Shown here one piece after another: positions 13,035 through 26,605 of a DNA stretch of 64,000 nucleotides. Made by a program: the position numbers and the translations under genes. The stretch's first letter is position 1; each line of letters starts with the position of its first letter. Source of the stretch: Eledone cirrhosa (taxonomy: Eukaryota); contig OZ024741.1 of the NCBI GenBank assembly GCA_964016885.1, positions 298,778,001 to 298,842,000 of the forward strand. The letters run 5' to 3'. Below the pieces are notes generated by a model, which saw only the letters and a list, made by a program, of their open reading frames with translations, did no database searches and was not told the origin of the DNA.

Positions 13035-13410
13035 TAGGCCTAAAACCTAAATGGACAGATAGGCCCCAAACCAATATGGATAAGTAAATCTAAAACAAGC
13101 ATTGACCGATACGCCTAAAACCTGCATTGACAGGTAGGACTAAAACTAACATGGATAAGTAGGCCTAAAACCAGCATAGGTAGGTAGGCCTAAAACCAGT
13201 AAAGGCAGGTAGGCTAGTAGGGACAGGTAGATTCAAAGTCAGCATGGACAGGAAAACCTAAAACCAGCATGGACATATATGTCCAAAGTCAGCATGACTA
13301 AACCGAGCATGGGGAGGTAGGCCTAAAACGTGCATGAACAGGTAGACTCAATGCCAGCATGGATAGGTAACCAATATGGACAGGTAGGCCTAAAACCAGC
13401 ATAGACAGGT
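13035..13410. repeat. Diverged ~25-bp minisatellite
   Basis: About 14-15 variants of AGGTAGGCCTAAAACCAGCATGGAC. Confidence 0.85.
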
Positions 13411-14085
13411 AGAACAGACATTAGCATACCTTTGAGCATTCATCCCCCAGCGAATCGAAAACTTCTGAATGGAAAATAAATTAGTCTGTATAAATTATAT
13501 AAATTATATAATGTCAGTTACCATGCTTTGCTCTCAAATCGTGTTTCTAAAGACGAGGCATCTTAATTTGTGGCGCTTGTATATATAAAAAATCTACATG
13601 TTTCTAAATATCCTAGATACGGTCCCGTGTGGACACAGCGTGGCCGAATGTTTAATAATGTCAATTCACAATCAATAGGTACAGTGTACGATTCCATTGC
13701 ATGGAAACTTACGCCTTTATCATAGTTTAGGGTCGTGACCATCCTGTCTATTTCAAAAGGATTTAAGCTCCTGTTGGACTACATTATCCAATACGTGCGG
13801 ATATTTGGCTATTTCAAGTAGATCGAGCAACCCTCTCCCTTTGTTAACAAATATTGTCAGTTTTAATGAAATTCTTTACTCGACAATTAAGACACCGCCT
13901 ATACATAAGAGTACAGTACAACATTTCTTTGGGAGTTTTCAATTGCTGTCACCTATTTGGACGAAGAATTAAAGATTGTCCAGGGAATATTAACTATGAT
14001 GAATAAAATTTAGCTTATGCTTAGAATTTATAAGAGCATCAACTCCGCAGATGTGTAATAATTTAATTTAAATAAATCATATATT

Positions 14086-14230
14086 AGGTGGCGAATTATC
14101 AAAGTCATTGGAACACCAGATAGAATGTTTGTAGTATTCTTTCTGGCGTTCCGGGATCTCAGAATTCAAAGCCCACCGAGGTCAACTTTGATTTTCATCC
14201 CATTGAAGTCGATAAAAATGTGCCAACCAG
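14086..14230 (+). mobile_element. SINE family A, degenerate
   Basis: GGTGGCGAATT...GAATTCAAAGCCCACCGAGGTCAACTTTGATTTTCATCC...GTCGATAAAA. Confidence 0.6.
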
Positions 14231-15089
14231 TCTCGGATCAGTTTTTCATCTTATATCTCTTCCACCAGGTGTAAATTGCCCAAATCACGATGTATGTCTC
14301 AAAGGCACGCCTATAGCTTCATCAGGATTACACGTCCATGCATACATACTAATAATGTATTATTAAAATAATTAATATAGAAGTGTTCGTGATTATATAT
14401 AGTATTTGTCATTATATAGAATATTTAAAAGACATTTTCATAATGTTAGTTTTAAGTAAAACCAACAATAATTGATAGATTATTTTCAAATTCAAAATAA
14501 ACGATGCGGAAAAATTAGACAATAACGACATCCTCTGAATTGAAGTGATTTATTTGATGCATTTAAAGTCATTTAATTTCACGCTCTCTCTCTCCTCCCA
14601 TCTCTCTCTCTCTCTTTTGTTCTATCTTTCTAAAATACAATAAAAACACAGCAATCAAGATTATAGCTGTATTTTTGTTTATCTATATGGCATTTTGAAT
14701 AGACAATAAAATTGTTTAAAAAAAGTGTCCCACACAGTTTAGCAGCAACAAGCAAAATATTAATATGTTTTTGCACAGAATCACAACAATGAAAATTCTT
14801 TGATATTTTAGATGAAAGGCAGAGTGAAGAAAACCAACGTGAGAAACCGTTTAAATGGGATTTCATAATTGATGTTTCAGGAAAGTTATTCAATTGCGTG
14901 GGCGATACGAATGTTTACTGAAAGACAGAGAAAAAAATAACAATTATATATTAGAATAAGAAAAGAGTGTTATTTTAACGATAAATCCTGGCAACTATTG
15001 ACTATTTATTTTATTTTCTTTGTTGAAGAGAGAATCATATTAATGACAATAAAGCTTGTTATTGTTTGAAATCAAAGTAAAGATAATTG

Positions 15090-15275
15090 TTACGAAGTTT
15101 AGTACAAGGCCAGCAATTTGTGAAGAGGGAAAAATCGACTCCAGTACTTGAATGGTACATTATTTACTAGACATCGGAAGGATGGAAAGCAAAGTTGAAT
15201 TCAAGACGTAAAGAACAGAAAGACGTACTTCTCAGTACTTTCGGCGTTCTAACGATTCTACTAAACCACCGACCA
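15090..15275 (-). mobile_element. SINE family A
   Basis: CAAGGCCAGCAATT...GGTACATTATTTA...GGATGGAAAGCAAAGTT. Confidence 0.65.
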
Positions 15276-15490
15276 CTATTAATGAAAATAACGCACCTGT
15301 TATTGTTTGAAACGGAACTAAAGATAACAGAGCATCATTTACAGAGCCGTACTAGATAAGAGTATGTTCACCCTTAGTTTAGAATATAATTTCTTTATTA
15401 GAACCAAGCTCTATACTATGCACACAGCCAGGAATATCACACTTGATGACGATTGCAGATCAAACTGATCCAAATGTAGTGTAGATATGA

Positions 15491-15708
15491 ATATTACTTT
15501 CTGATTTAGGCACAAGGCCAACAATTTTGGGGGAGAGGAAAGTTGATTAAATCGTCCCCAGTATATTACTGGTACGTTATTTTATCGACTCTGTAAGGAT
15601 GAAATTAAAGCTAACCTGGCAGGATTTAAACTCAGATCATAAAGGGGGTGTAACCCTATACCATAAAGCATGTTGTCAGACGCTCTCCCGATACTGCCAA
15701 TCCACTGC
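15491..15708 (-). mobile_element. SINE family A with TSD
   Basis: Full family A body, flanked by TAGTGTAGATAT at 15477-15488 and 15711-15722. Confidence 0.8.
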
Positions 15709-16269
15709 TCTAGTGTAGATATTAAAAGATGTTCCATCTCTAAAGATAAGGTTAATAATGCAAGGATTATTATTATTGAGGATGTTATGATTGCAAGTAT
15801 GCTTTAGCTATTAGGTATTTCGCTCCAATCGAGCTTAACTGCCAGTGTTCATATTTAAAAAAAAAAAAAACGAAACAAAAATAGTCAAAAACAACAAGCG
15901 AATTTGAAACTAGAACGTAGACTGTCGTAACGAAATACTGTAAGGTATTTCATCCGACACATTCACGATTCTGTCAATCTAGTAATCTAAGACACCTGAT
16001 AGAAACGATTCCGATATAGTATAAATGCAAATATTGTAAATAGGGGTTTGAAAGGTCAAATTAATTGTTTGAAAACTATTAATCTTAATCATTGACCAGT
16101 TCTACACCAGGATCTGTCAAACATAGAGGGTTAACAATCAATAACAATCCAATCAAATTTTGAAATTAGAATGCAGAATCAATGAAATATTCAATTAATA
16201 TATATATATATATATATAAAATATTAAACAAATAATGAATAAACAATTCCTTATATTAAACAAAAAAAG

Positions 16270-16424
16270 TTCATTATTTAACGATCGTTTCTAGGGTATA
16301 TATGTGTTATAATTGGTATGCATATTCAACAGATCTATGTACAAAATTATACAAAATTATACAAATTATCAAGATTAAATATACATACCTAACACATATA
16401 TACGCCGTCTTCAGAAATAATGAA
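16270..16424 (-). ncRNA. Hammerhead ribozyme motif, inverted copy of 25176-25330
   Basis: Reverse complement of the right-arm motif. Confidence 0.75.
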
Positions 16425-17242
16425 GTATATTTATTGATAATAACAACAATTCAAAATTTCAGTTCAAAATTGACCAATGAAAACACAAAGGGTTAAAAGC
16501 AGTTCGGTGTGTGTATATACATGTAAAATCCTTACACATATTTTACAAAAATGTATGTATAACTTGTATACGCATACTAAAAAGATGGATGCAAACACAA
16601 AATTTCAAGGTTAATATCTCTGTAAGCTTAAAATGCGCTGATAAGATGCGCATTGATACTTATGGAGTCAAGCATATAAATATATTTTTTCATACTCACA
16701 CATATCAGTACAATCACACATACACGCGCGTATATGCATAAATATACACATAACCACGAACATACAAACACACACATACCCCCACTCACATTTATATATG
16801 TGGATATAAAATCATAAGCACATGGATATTAAATCACTCACATAAAACACTGGCACACACATTTCAAGATCAAGATACAGAAATTAGGTGGGAGGGGGGG
16901 GGGAGGGGTCAGTATTCAATTGTCTGAGCAGACTGCCTAATATAAATGTATCTATAAATTAAGAAAAATAAAAAAATAAAACAATAAAATATAATAAATA
17001 TAATATAACATACATACACATACAGATATATACACATACATACATGTACGCGCACATAGAAATATTTACGCATACACACATACACACATACATATACAGT
17101 CATACACACACATACACTTACACGAACATACACATACACATATATAAAGATATATATATACACCCACACACACACGCAACACATACACACATACACATAT
17201 ATATAAAAAATAAATAATAAAGATATATATCCATACACATAT

Positions 17243-17287
<45 letters not shown>

Positions 17288-17366
17288 CATACACATACAT
17301 CTAAATATACATACACATACATACACACATACATGTACATACATGTACATACATATACGCACATCG

Positions 17367-17411
<45 letters not shown>

Positions 17412-17712
17412 TAGACATATAGATACATACACACACAACTTACATACACACATATATATATATAGATGTACATTCATACATAGAATTAGATATATAATCA
17501 TACATACATATGCACCTACTTATACTCATATATATAAATACATACGCTTCCATATATGCGTATATACATAAAAAACACTACAACCTCACCTAACTCAGAC
17601 ATACAAATAAAAATAATAATAAAAAGGCATATGTATATACATACACACACGCATTAATAGAGATATATATATATACACACATACATACACATATATATAT
17701 ATACACACATAT

Positions 17713-17753
<41 letters not shown>

Positions 17754-17871
17754 TACACTCATACATATATATATATATATATATATAAACATATATATCC
17801 ACACACTCATACCACCATAAATACACATACAAACACCCACATATATATATATATATATATATATACACACG

Positions 17872-17905
<34 letters not shown>

Positions 17906-18195
17906 TAAAAAACAGACATGCACATATATATATATATATATTTTTTTACACTTATATATACACATATTATATACACATACACAACCTCACTTATACACAT
18001 ATACACATAAGTTATATTATAATAATAAAGAATAATATACATATATATATATACATATACATATATATATATATATATATACATACATACATACACATAC
18101 ATACATACACATAAACATATACATATATAAATACACACATACGAATAAAGACATATATTCACACATAGACACCTATATATATATATATATATATC

Positions 18196-18249
<54 letters not shown>

Positions 18250-19373
18250 GACACATATACACACTCACATATATACATGTGTATGTGTGTGTGCGCACAT
18301 ACACATATATACACACACACATACAAACACACACAAACACATACATATGCATACGTGCACACACACACACATATATCACATATATACGAAGATAAACATA
18401 TAAATAGAGAGACATACATATATATACAACACACATACACATACATACATACACACGCATATACATATACATATATATATATACATATATATATTCCTAT
18501 ATATACAAGCATACACATACATACACATATATACACATACATACACATACATACAACACATTCACATACACATACATATATAATGCATATATATACATAT
18601 ATATACATACATATGTACACTCATATATACACACGCAATCTTACATTCATATTTGCATGCGCATATATGTATTTTTATATTTAGATATAAATACCCAAAC
18701 CTATATAGACACCTACCTACATATATATTCATACATAGACGCTTACAAATACAGATGATAATAGTATGGGGGAAAGGGGGGGTTTGGAGAAGGGGATCAA
18801 AGTAAATATATGTTTCAAGAAACATATAATATTTTCCGTATCTTTATTCAATGTATGTTCTTACATATTTTCAGTGCTAGGAAATACGACAAACAAGAAC
18901 CAAGGCAAAATCTATGCATCTCAAAATAAATAAGTATATCATTAATCATATGTTAACTAAACCAAAGATAGTCAACATATTGATTTCTAAGGTGTAAATT
19001 AGTTAGGTTTATAATATTTGAAGCAGAATTTTGAAGTCAAACAGTAGTAGATTATTAATTACAGTATAACTAAATTAAAGTTAATAACGTTATGGTATCA
19101 ATATTAGGAAATGAATTTAGTAATAGGGAAAAGAAACCCAAATAAAAATAAAATAATACATCGGTAGTAGCATATAAATTATATGTTAACTAAATTAAAA
19201 ATTATATATTTATTTCAATAGTATATGTTAATTAGTATATGTTAATTAGGTATACAATACATAAAGCAGATATTGTATTTCATCAATAGCATAATATAAT
19301 TATATGCAAATAGAAATCAAAATTAATACGCATACATATACATATACATACACATACACATATACATACATAT

Positions 19374-19418
<45 letters not shown>

Positions 19419-19943
19419 TATACATACATACAGATACACATACACACACACACATACACATACACATATACATATACATATCTTTTTCAAAAAATTGCAC
19501 AGAATATATTAACTAGGTATATATCCAAAACACATCCCATTCTATGATTACATGACATTCTGCAATTCGTCTGTATAAGGATACTAATTTTAAGCAAATT
19601 AAAATTAAAATTTTTAGGTTGATTAAAACTAAAACCAAATAATAAATATATTTCCAAAATGTATATTAATTAGGTCTATAATACTAAAAATTATTTCTCT
19701 GTCATTGGATACACGATATTATTTTGTTATATTTTATCTGTAAAAGAGTTATAATAAAAGGTTTAAATAAATTAAAATTAATCTATAAATTAAATTACTA
19801 AGTATATATTAGTAATATTTAAAGGTTTTTCACAATTTATGATTACATAATATTTTATATTCTCATCTGTAATAAAATATTAATTAAATTAAATTTATAG
19901 GTTAACTAACATTTAAATTAAATTAATTTCTAGAGTAATGTTA

Positions 19944-20939
19944 TTAATTAGGTTTATAATATTTAAATGTTTTTTTTAGTTTATGATTACACGATATAAT
20001 TAATTCCTGTCGTTTATGTAATAAGATATCCTTAGACTTCATTATTTCAAATAGTTCTTGGGAACATAATCTACATTCCTTTCTATTATTTTGATAAGGG
20101 GTGGCTCTTTTGAGCACACTCCAGGTCAAATCATATTTTATATTCTTATTTTTATAACTATTGATTTTTTCTGCTAGAGATGTTGTATTAGCCAGTGCGG
20201 CATTTTTAAAACTATGCTTGTGGGTATTAAACCTTGTCTTAAAATTGTTAGAGGTAGCTCCTATATATGAGCAAATAGAATCTTTAGTTTTAACATTACA
20301 TTTATAGACTATGTTGTTAACAAGACAATTCCCTTTTAATGGGCAGTTTGCTTTGTTTCTACAGTTACATCCTTTCGTTAATTCTGTATTTGAGGAGATA
20401 TTATGGTTAATTTGATGTACTGGTGGTATACTTATGGTTTTCTTACATTTATATGCATTATATGCACTTATATTTTGTTTTATGTTATTTGTTGTAGAGT
20501 ATGAGAATTTAACTGTAGACCTATTTAAGATTTGATGGTATTTGTGGTTTGGCGGGAAGTTTTTCTCAAGGATATAAAAAAATTTTTTAGCAATATTATC
20601 CTTAACTTGTAAATTAAAAGGAGCATTGTACCAAGTAACTCGTCTATTACGGTTTCTATGTTGTTTATTATTTTTATTATTTTTATAGGTTGTATCGTGA
20701 TTTTTACTAGGAGGATTAATGTTAATGATCTCACCACAACTATTTTTAGTTATATTTGTAGATTTAGGTGTTTTATCTTTTTTATTAGGAGTTTTATTAT
20801 TAATATTTATTATAGTTGTATGATGAGTAGTTTTTTGAGGGTTACTATACTTTATATTAGAAGATTTAGTATTTTGGGGTATATTGTGGGTGGCATTTAG
20901 GTGTGTACTTTTCATTTGGTGTTTGTTGGTAATATTATG
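19944..20939 (-). pseudogene. 5'-truncated PLE ORF: linker plus GIY-YIG endonuclease (Naiad type), frame still open
   Basis: RRVTWYNAPF...FPPNH...KFSYS...CNCRNKANCPLKGNC...IVY...YIG.T...FKTRF..H..SF...W...CRLC..E...CNH; no RT part present. Confidence 0.85.
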
Positions 20940-20941
20940 CT

Positions 20942-21655
20942 AGAAACCGTAATAGACGAGTTACTTGGTACAATGCTCCTTTTAATTTACAAGTTAAGGA
21001 TAATATTGCTAAAAAAATTTTTTATATCCTTGAGAAAAACTTCCCGCCAAACCACAAATACCATCAAATCTTAAATAGGTCTACAGTTAAATTCTCATAC
21101 TCTACAACAAATAACATAAAACAAAATATAAGTGCATATAATGCATATAAATGTAAGAAAACCATAAGTATACCACCAGTACATCAAATTAACCATAATA
21201 TCTCCTCAAATACAGAATTAACGAAAGGATGTAACTGTAGAAACAAAGCAAACTGCCCATTAAAAGGGAATTGTCTTGTTAACAACATAGTCTATAAATG
21301 TAATGTTAAAACTAAAGATTCTATTTGCTCATATATAGGAGCTACCTCTAACAATTTTAAGACAAGGTTTAATACCCACAAGAATAGTTTTAAAAATGCC
21401 GCACTGGCTAATACAACATCTCTAGCAGAAAAAATCAATAGTTATAAAAATAAGAATATAAAATATGATTTGACCTGGAGTGTGCTCAAAAGAGCCACCC
21501 CTTATCAAAATAATAGAAAGGAATGTAGATTATGTTCCCAAGAACTATTTGAAATAATGAAGTCTAAGGATATCTTATTAAATAAACGACAGGAATTAAT
21601 TATATCGTGTAATCATAAACTAAAAAAAACATTTAAATATTATAAACCTAATTAA
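20942..21655 (+). pseudogene. 5'-truncated PLE GIY-YIG ORF, mirror copy
   Basis: Open frame without ATG, nearly identical to the minus copy (F/I and two H/N substitutions seen). Confidence 0.85.
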
Positions 21656-22180
21656 TAACATTACTCTAGAAATTAATTTAATTTAAATGTTAGTTAACCT
21701 ATAAATTTAATTTAATTAATATTTTATTACAGATGAGAATATAAAATATTATGTAATCATAAATTGTGAAAAACCTTTAAATATTACTAATATATACTTA
21801 GTAATTTAATTTATAGATTAATTTTAATTTATTTAAACCTTTTATTATAACTCTTTTACAGATAAAATATAACAAAATAATATCGTGTATCCAATGACAG
21901 AGAAATAATTTTTAGTATTATAGACCTAATTAATATACATTTTGGAAATATATTTATTATTTGGTTTTAGTTTTAATCAACCTAAAAATTTTAATTTTAA
22001 TTTGCTTAAAATTAGTATCCTTATACAGACGAATTGCAGAATGTCATGTAATCATAGAATGGGATGTGTTTTGGATATATACCTAGTTAATATATTCTGT
22101 GCAATTTTTTGAAAAAGATATGTATATGTATATGTGTATGTGTATGTGTGTGTGTGTATGTGTATCTGTATGTATGTATA

Positions 22181-22229
<49 letters not shown>

Positions 22230-22665
22230 ATATGTATGTATATGTGTATGTGTATGTATATGTATATGTATGCGTATTAATTTTGATTTCTATTTGCATA
22301 TAATTATATTATGCTATTGATGAAATACAATATCTGCTTTATGTATTGTATACCTAATTAACATATACTAATTAACATATACTATTGAAATAAATATATA
22401 ATTTTTAATTTAGTTAACATATAATTTATATGCTACTACCGATGTATTATTTTATTTTTATTTGGGTTTCTTTTCCCTATTACTAAATTCATTTCCTAAT
22501 ATTGATACCATAACGTTATTAACTTTAATTTAGTTATACTGTAATTAATAATCTACTACTGTTTGACTTCAAAATTCTGCTTCAAATATTATAAACCTAA
22601 CTAATTTACACCTTAGAAATCAATATGTTGACTATCTTTGGTTTAGTTAACATATGATTAATGAT
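21589..22665 (+). repeat. Diverged ~130-170-bp tandem units starting in the last codons of the PLE ORF (mirror at about 18935-20010)
   Basis: Recurring ACAG...TGTAATCAT...ATTATAAACCTAATTAA...TTAGTTAAC motifs at about 21589, 21729, 21858, 22025, 22330 and 22575. Confidence 0.6.
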
Positions 22666-23349
22666 ATACTTATTTATTTTGAGATGCATAGATTTTGCCT
22701 TGGTTCTTGTTTGTCGTATTTCCTAGCACTGAAAATATGTAAGAACATACATTGAATAAAGATACGGAAAATATTATATGTTTCTTGAAACATATATTTA
22801 CTTTGATCCCCTTCTCCAAACCCCCCCTTTCCCCCATACTATTATCATCTGTATTTGTAAGCGTCTATGTATGAATATATATGTAGGTGTCTATATAGGT
22901 TTGGGTATTTATATCTAAATATAAAAATACATATATGCGCATGCAAATATGAATGTAAGATTGCGTGTGTATATATGAGTGTACATATGTATGTATATAT
23001 ATGTATATATATGCATTATATATGTATGTGTATGTGAATGTGTTGTATGTATGTGTATGTATGTGTATATATGTGTATGTATGTGTATGCTTGTATATAT
23101 AGGAATATATATATGTATATATATATATGTATATGTATATGCGTGTGTATGTATGTATGTGTATGTGTGTTGTATATATATGTATGTCTCTCTATTTATA
23201 TGTTTATCTTCGTATATATGTGATATATGTGTGTGTGTGTGCACGTATGCATATGTATGTGTTTGTGTGTGTTTGTATGTGTGTGTGTATATATGTGTAT
23301 GTGCGCACACACACATACACATGTATATATGTGAGTGTGTATATGTGTC

Positions 23350-23403
<54 letters not shown>

Positions 23404-23691
23404 GATATATATATATATATATATAGGTGTCTATGTGTGAATATATGTCTTTATTCGTATGTGTGTATTTATATATGTATATGTTTATGTGTATGTATGT
23501 ATGTGTATGTATGTATGTATATATATATATATATATGTATATGTATATATATATATGTATATTATTCTTTATTATTATAATATAACTTATGTGTATATGT
23601 GTATAAGTGAGGTTGTGTATGTGTATATAATATGTGTATATATAAGTGTAAAAAAATATATATATATATATATGTGCATGTCTGTTTTTTA

Positions 23692-23727
<36 letters not shown>

Positions 23728-23845
23728 CGTGTGTATATATATATATATATATATATATGTGGGTGTTTGTATGTGTATTTATGGTGGTATGAGTGTGTGG
23801 ATATATATGTTTATATATATATATATATATATATGTATGAGTGTA

Positions 23846-23884
<39 letters not shown>

Positions 23885-24185
23885 ATATGTGTGTATATAT
23901 ATATATGTGTATGTATGTGTGTATATATATATATATCTATTAATGCGTGTGTGTATGTATATACATATGCCTTTTTATTATTACTTTTATTTGTATGTCT
24001 GAGTTAGGTGAGGTTGTAGTGTTTTTTATGTATATACGCATATATGGAAGCGTATGTATTTATATATATGAGTATAAGTAGGTGCACATGTATGTATGAT
24101 TATATATCTAATTCTATGTATGAATGTACATCTATATATATATATGTGTGTATGTAAGTTGTGTGTGTATGTATCTATATGTCTA

Positions 24186-24230
<45 letters not shown>

Positions 24231-24309
24231 CGATGTGCGTATATGTATGTACATGTATGTACATGTATGTGTGTATGTATGTGTATGTATATTTAGATGT
24301 ATGTGTATG

Positions 24310-24358
<49 letters not shown>

Positions 24359-25175
24359 ATATGTGTATGGATATATATCTTTATTATTTATTTTTTATAT
24401 ATATGTGTATGTGTGTATGTGTTGCGTGTGTGTGTGGGTGTATATATATATCTTTATATATGTGTATGTGTATGTTCGTGTAAGTGTATGTGTGTGTATG
24501 ACTGTATATGTATGTGTGTATGTGTGTATGCGTAAATATTTCTATGTGCGCGTACATGTATGTATGTGTATATATCTGTATGTGTATGTATGTTATATTA
24601 TATTTATTATATTTTATTGTTTTATTTTTTTATTTTTCTTAATTTATAGATACATTTATATTAGGCAGTCTGCTCAGACAATTGAATACTGACCCCTCCC
24701 CCCCCCTCCCACCTAATTTCTGTATCTTGATCTTGAAATGTGTGTGCCAGTGTTTTATGTGAGTGATTTAATATCCATGTGCTTATGATTTTATATCCAC
24801 ATATATAAATGTGAGTGGGGGTATGTGTGTGTTTGTATGTTCGTGGTTATGTGTATATTTATGCATATACGCGCGTGTATGTGTGATTGTACTGATATGT
24901 GTGAGTATGAAAAAATATATTTATATGCTTGACTCCATAAGTATCAATGCGCATCTTATCAGCGCATTTTAAGCTTACAGAGATATTAACCTTGAAATTT
25001 TGTGTTTGCATCCATCTTTTTAGTATGCGTATACAAGTTATACATACATTTTTGTAAAATATGTGTAAGGATTTTACATGTATATACACACACCGAACTG
25101 CTTTTAACCCTTTGTGTTTTCATTGGTCAATTTTGAACTGAAATTTTGAATTGTTGTTATTATCAATAAATATAC

Positions 25176-25330
25176 TTCATTATTTCTGAAGACGGCGTAT
25201 ATATGTGTTAGGTATGTATATTTAATCTTGATAATTTGTATAATTTTGTATAATTTTGTACATAGATCTGTTGAATATGCATACCAATTATAACACATAT
25301 ATACCCTAGAAACGATCGTTAAATAATGAA
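25176..25330 (+). ncRNA. Type I hammerhead ribozyme motif with extended stem II
   Basis: 10-bp stem I TTCATTATTT/AAATAATGAA, core CTGAAGA, stem II including GTATATATGTGTTA/TAACACATATATAC (about 115-nt domain), GAAAC-GATC-GTT with palindromic AACGATCGTT. Confidence 0.75.
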
Positions 25331-25789
25331 CTTTTTTTGTTTAATATAAGGAATTGTTTATTCATTATTTGTTTAATATTTTATCTTGACTCTGTATACC
25401 GTTTATCTTTCACCGAAAGTGGTTTTTCATTACATCTCTTCTTTCCATGATATCCGGAATACATTGAGTTCTTCATACGGATTGGACACTACCGTAAACT
25501 CTTGGTAGATTTATCTACATATATATATATATATATACATCTCCGTGCATCAGCACATCATTCTTCCATTGTTTATCTATAAAAACGGTTTTCGTGATAT
25601 AATGGATGGTACACGCGATATCCAGAATATACTACAGTTATTGGAAAAGATAGCCGTATGCCAGGACGAAATGGGCTAGTAATGAGGCAAAAACAGGGAC
25701 GAAGAAAGAGAGGAAGTAAAATCGTTAGATTACCAGCGAGAAATTGTAGGGGATAGAGGAGGATTTTAACAGACACATAAAACCGGCAC

Positions 25790-26068
25790 TGTGTTCCAGT
25801 TGATCCGATCAACGAAACAGCCTACTTCTGAAATTAACTTGCAAGTGGCTGAGAATTCCACAGACACGTGCACCCTTAACGAAGTTCACAGAATGTGACA
25901 AGGCTGGTCCTTCAAATTACAGGCACAACTCATTTTTGGCAGCAGGGTAGACTGGAGCAACGTGAAATAAAGTGTCTCGCTCAAAGACACAACGCACTGC
26001 GGGGAATCAAACTTGCGACTTTACGATTGTGAGCCGAACACCTTAACCACAAACCCACGCGCCTTCCC
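25790..26068 (-). mobile_element. CORE-type tRNA SINE (family B)
   Basis: Minus strand GGAAGGCGCGTGGGTTTGTGGTTAAGG head, then TGTGTCTTTGAGCGAGACACTTTATTTCACGTTGCTCCAG. Confidence 0.8.
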
Positions 26069-26383
26069 ATACGCGAGACGAAAGAGCTGAAACATAAAAC
26101 GGAAAAAACTGTCTTGAATAAATTAAGAGATTCGATAGACTGAAAGCAAATATAAGGAGATATAGAGGAATGCAATGATAAGGAACATGTGCTACCTCAG
26201 TGGTAGATACAAGGAAACAGATAGATAAGGGTTTTGACAGAGTGAGGGCTTAAGAAGGAGGTTGGGGATTGGAACGACAGAAGGTGAGGAAGTATGGCAA
26301 ACGAGAACGATGTAATTAGACATCACACACACACACACCCACACCCACACACACAGACACACACACACACACACACACACACA

Positions 26384-26425
<42 letters not shown>

Positions 26426-26444
26426 CAGCAACCTCAACCTAAAA

Positions 26445-26605
26445 GGACATGGTTGTATGGTTAGGAAGTTCATAACTAAGTGGTTGCGGACTTGAATTCA
26501 TTGTGTATCACTTTCGGTATGCATGTGTCTTCTACCATAGACTCGAGTTGAAGGAGGTCCTATGAGTAAAATTTGGTAAACAGAAACTGTGTGGAAGTCC
26601 GGTGA
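26445..26605 (+). mobile_element. SINE (family C) remnant
   Basis: tRNA-like head TGGTTGTATGGTTAGG, body GTGTCTTCTACCATAG...TTTGGTAAACAGAAACTG. Confidence 0.5.

Larger units (their letters stand above)
16216..25518. mobile_element. Naiad-type Penelope-like element: two 5'-truncated copies joined head-to-head (9.3-kb palindrome) in (TA)n
   Basis: 16216-20658 is the reverse complement of 20941-25384, with few SNPs and microsatellite indels. Spacer of 282 bp; the right arm has an extra ~135-bp tail. GIY-YIG ORFs diverge from the centre, there is an HHR near each outer end, and (TA)n lies on both flanks. Confidence 0.9.

Noticed and set aside
13035-13410. CRISPR-like array
   Set aside because: Contiguous tandem units without unique spacers, no cas genes, and a eukaryotic context.
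14630-14893. 87-aa ORF in unique sequence
   Set aside because: Non-ATG start, no motif, and a length expected by chance.
16909-18825. Many YI/CV/HT-repeat ORFs here, in the mirror arm and elsewhere
   Set aside because: Translations of (TA)n/(CA)n microsatellites.
19944-21655. Selenoprotein (in-frame UGA/SECIS) as reported for some Naiad PLEs
   Set aside because: Conserved Cys positions are TGT/TGC here and in 50850-51245; no in-frame TGA at those sites and no SECIS recognised by eye.
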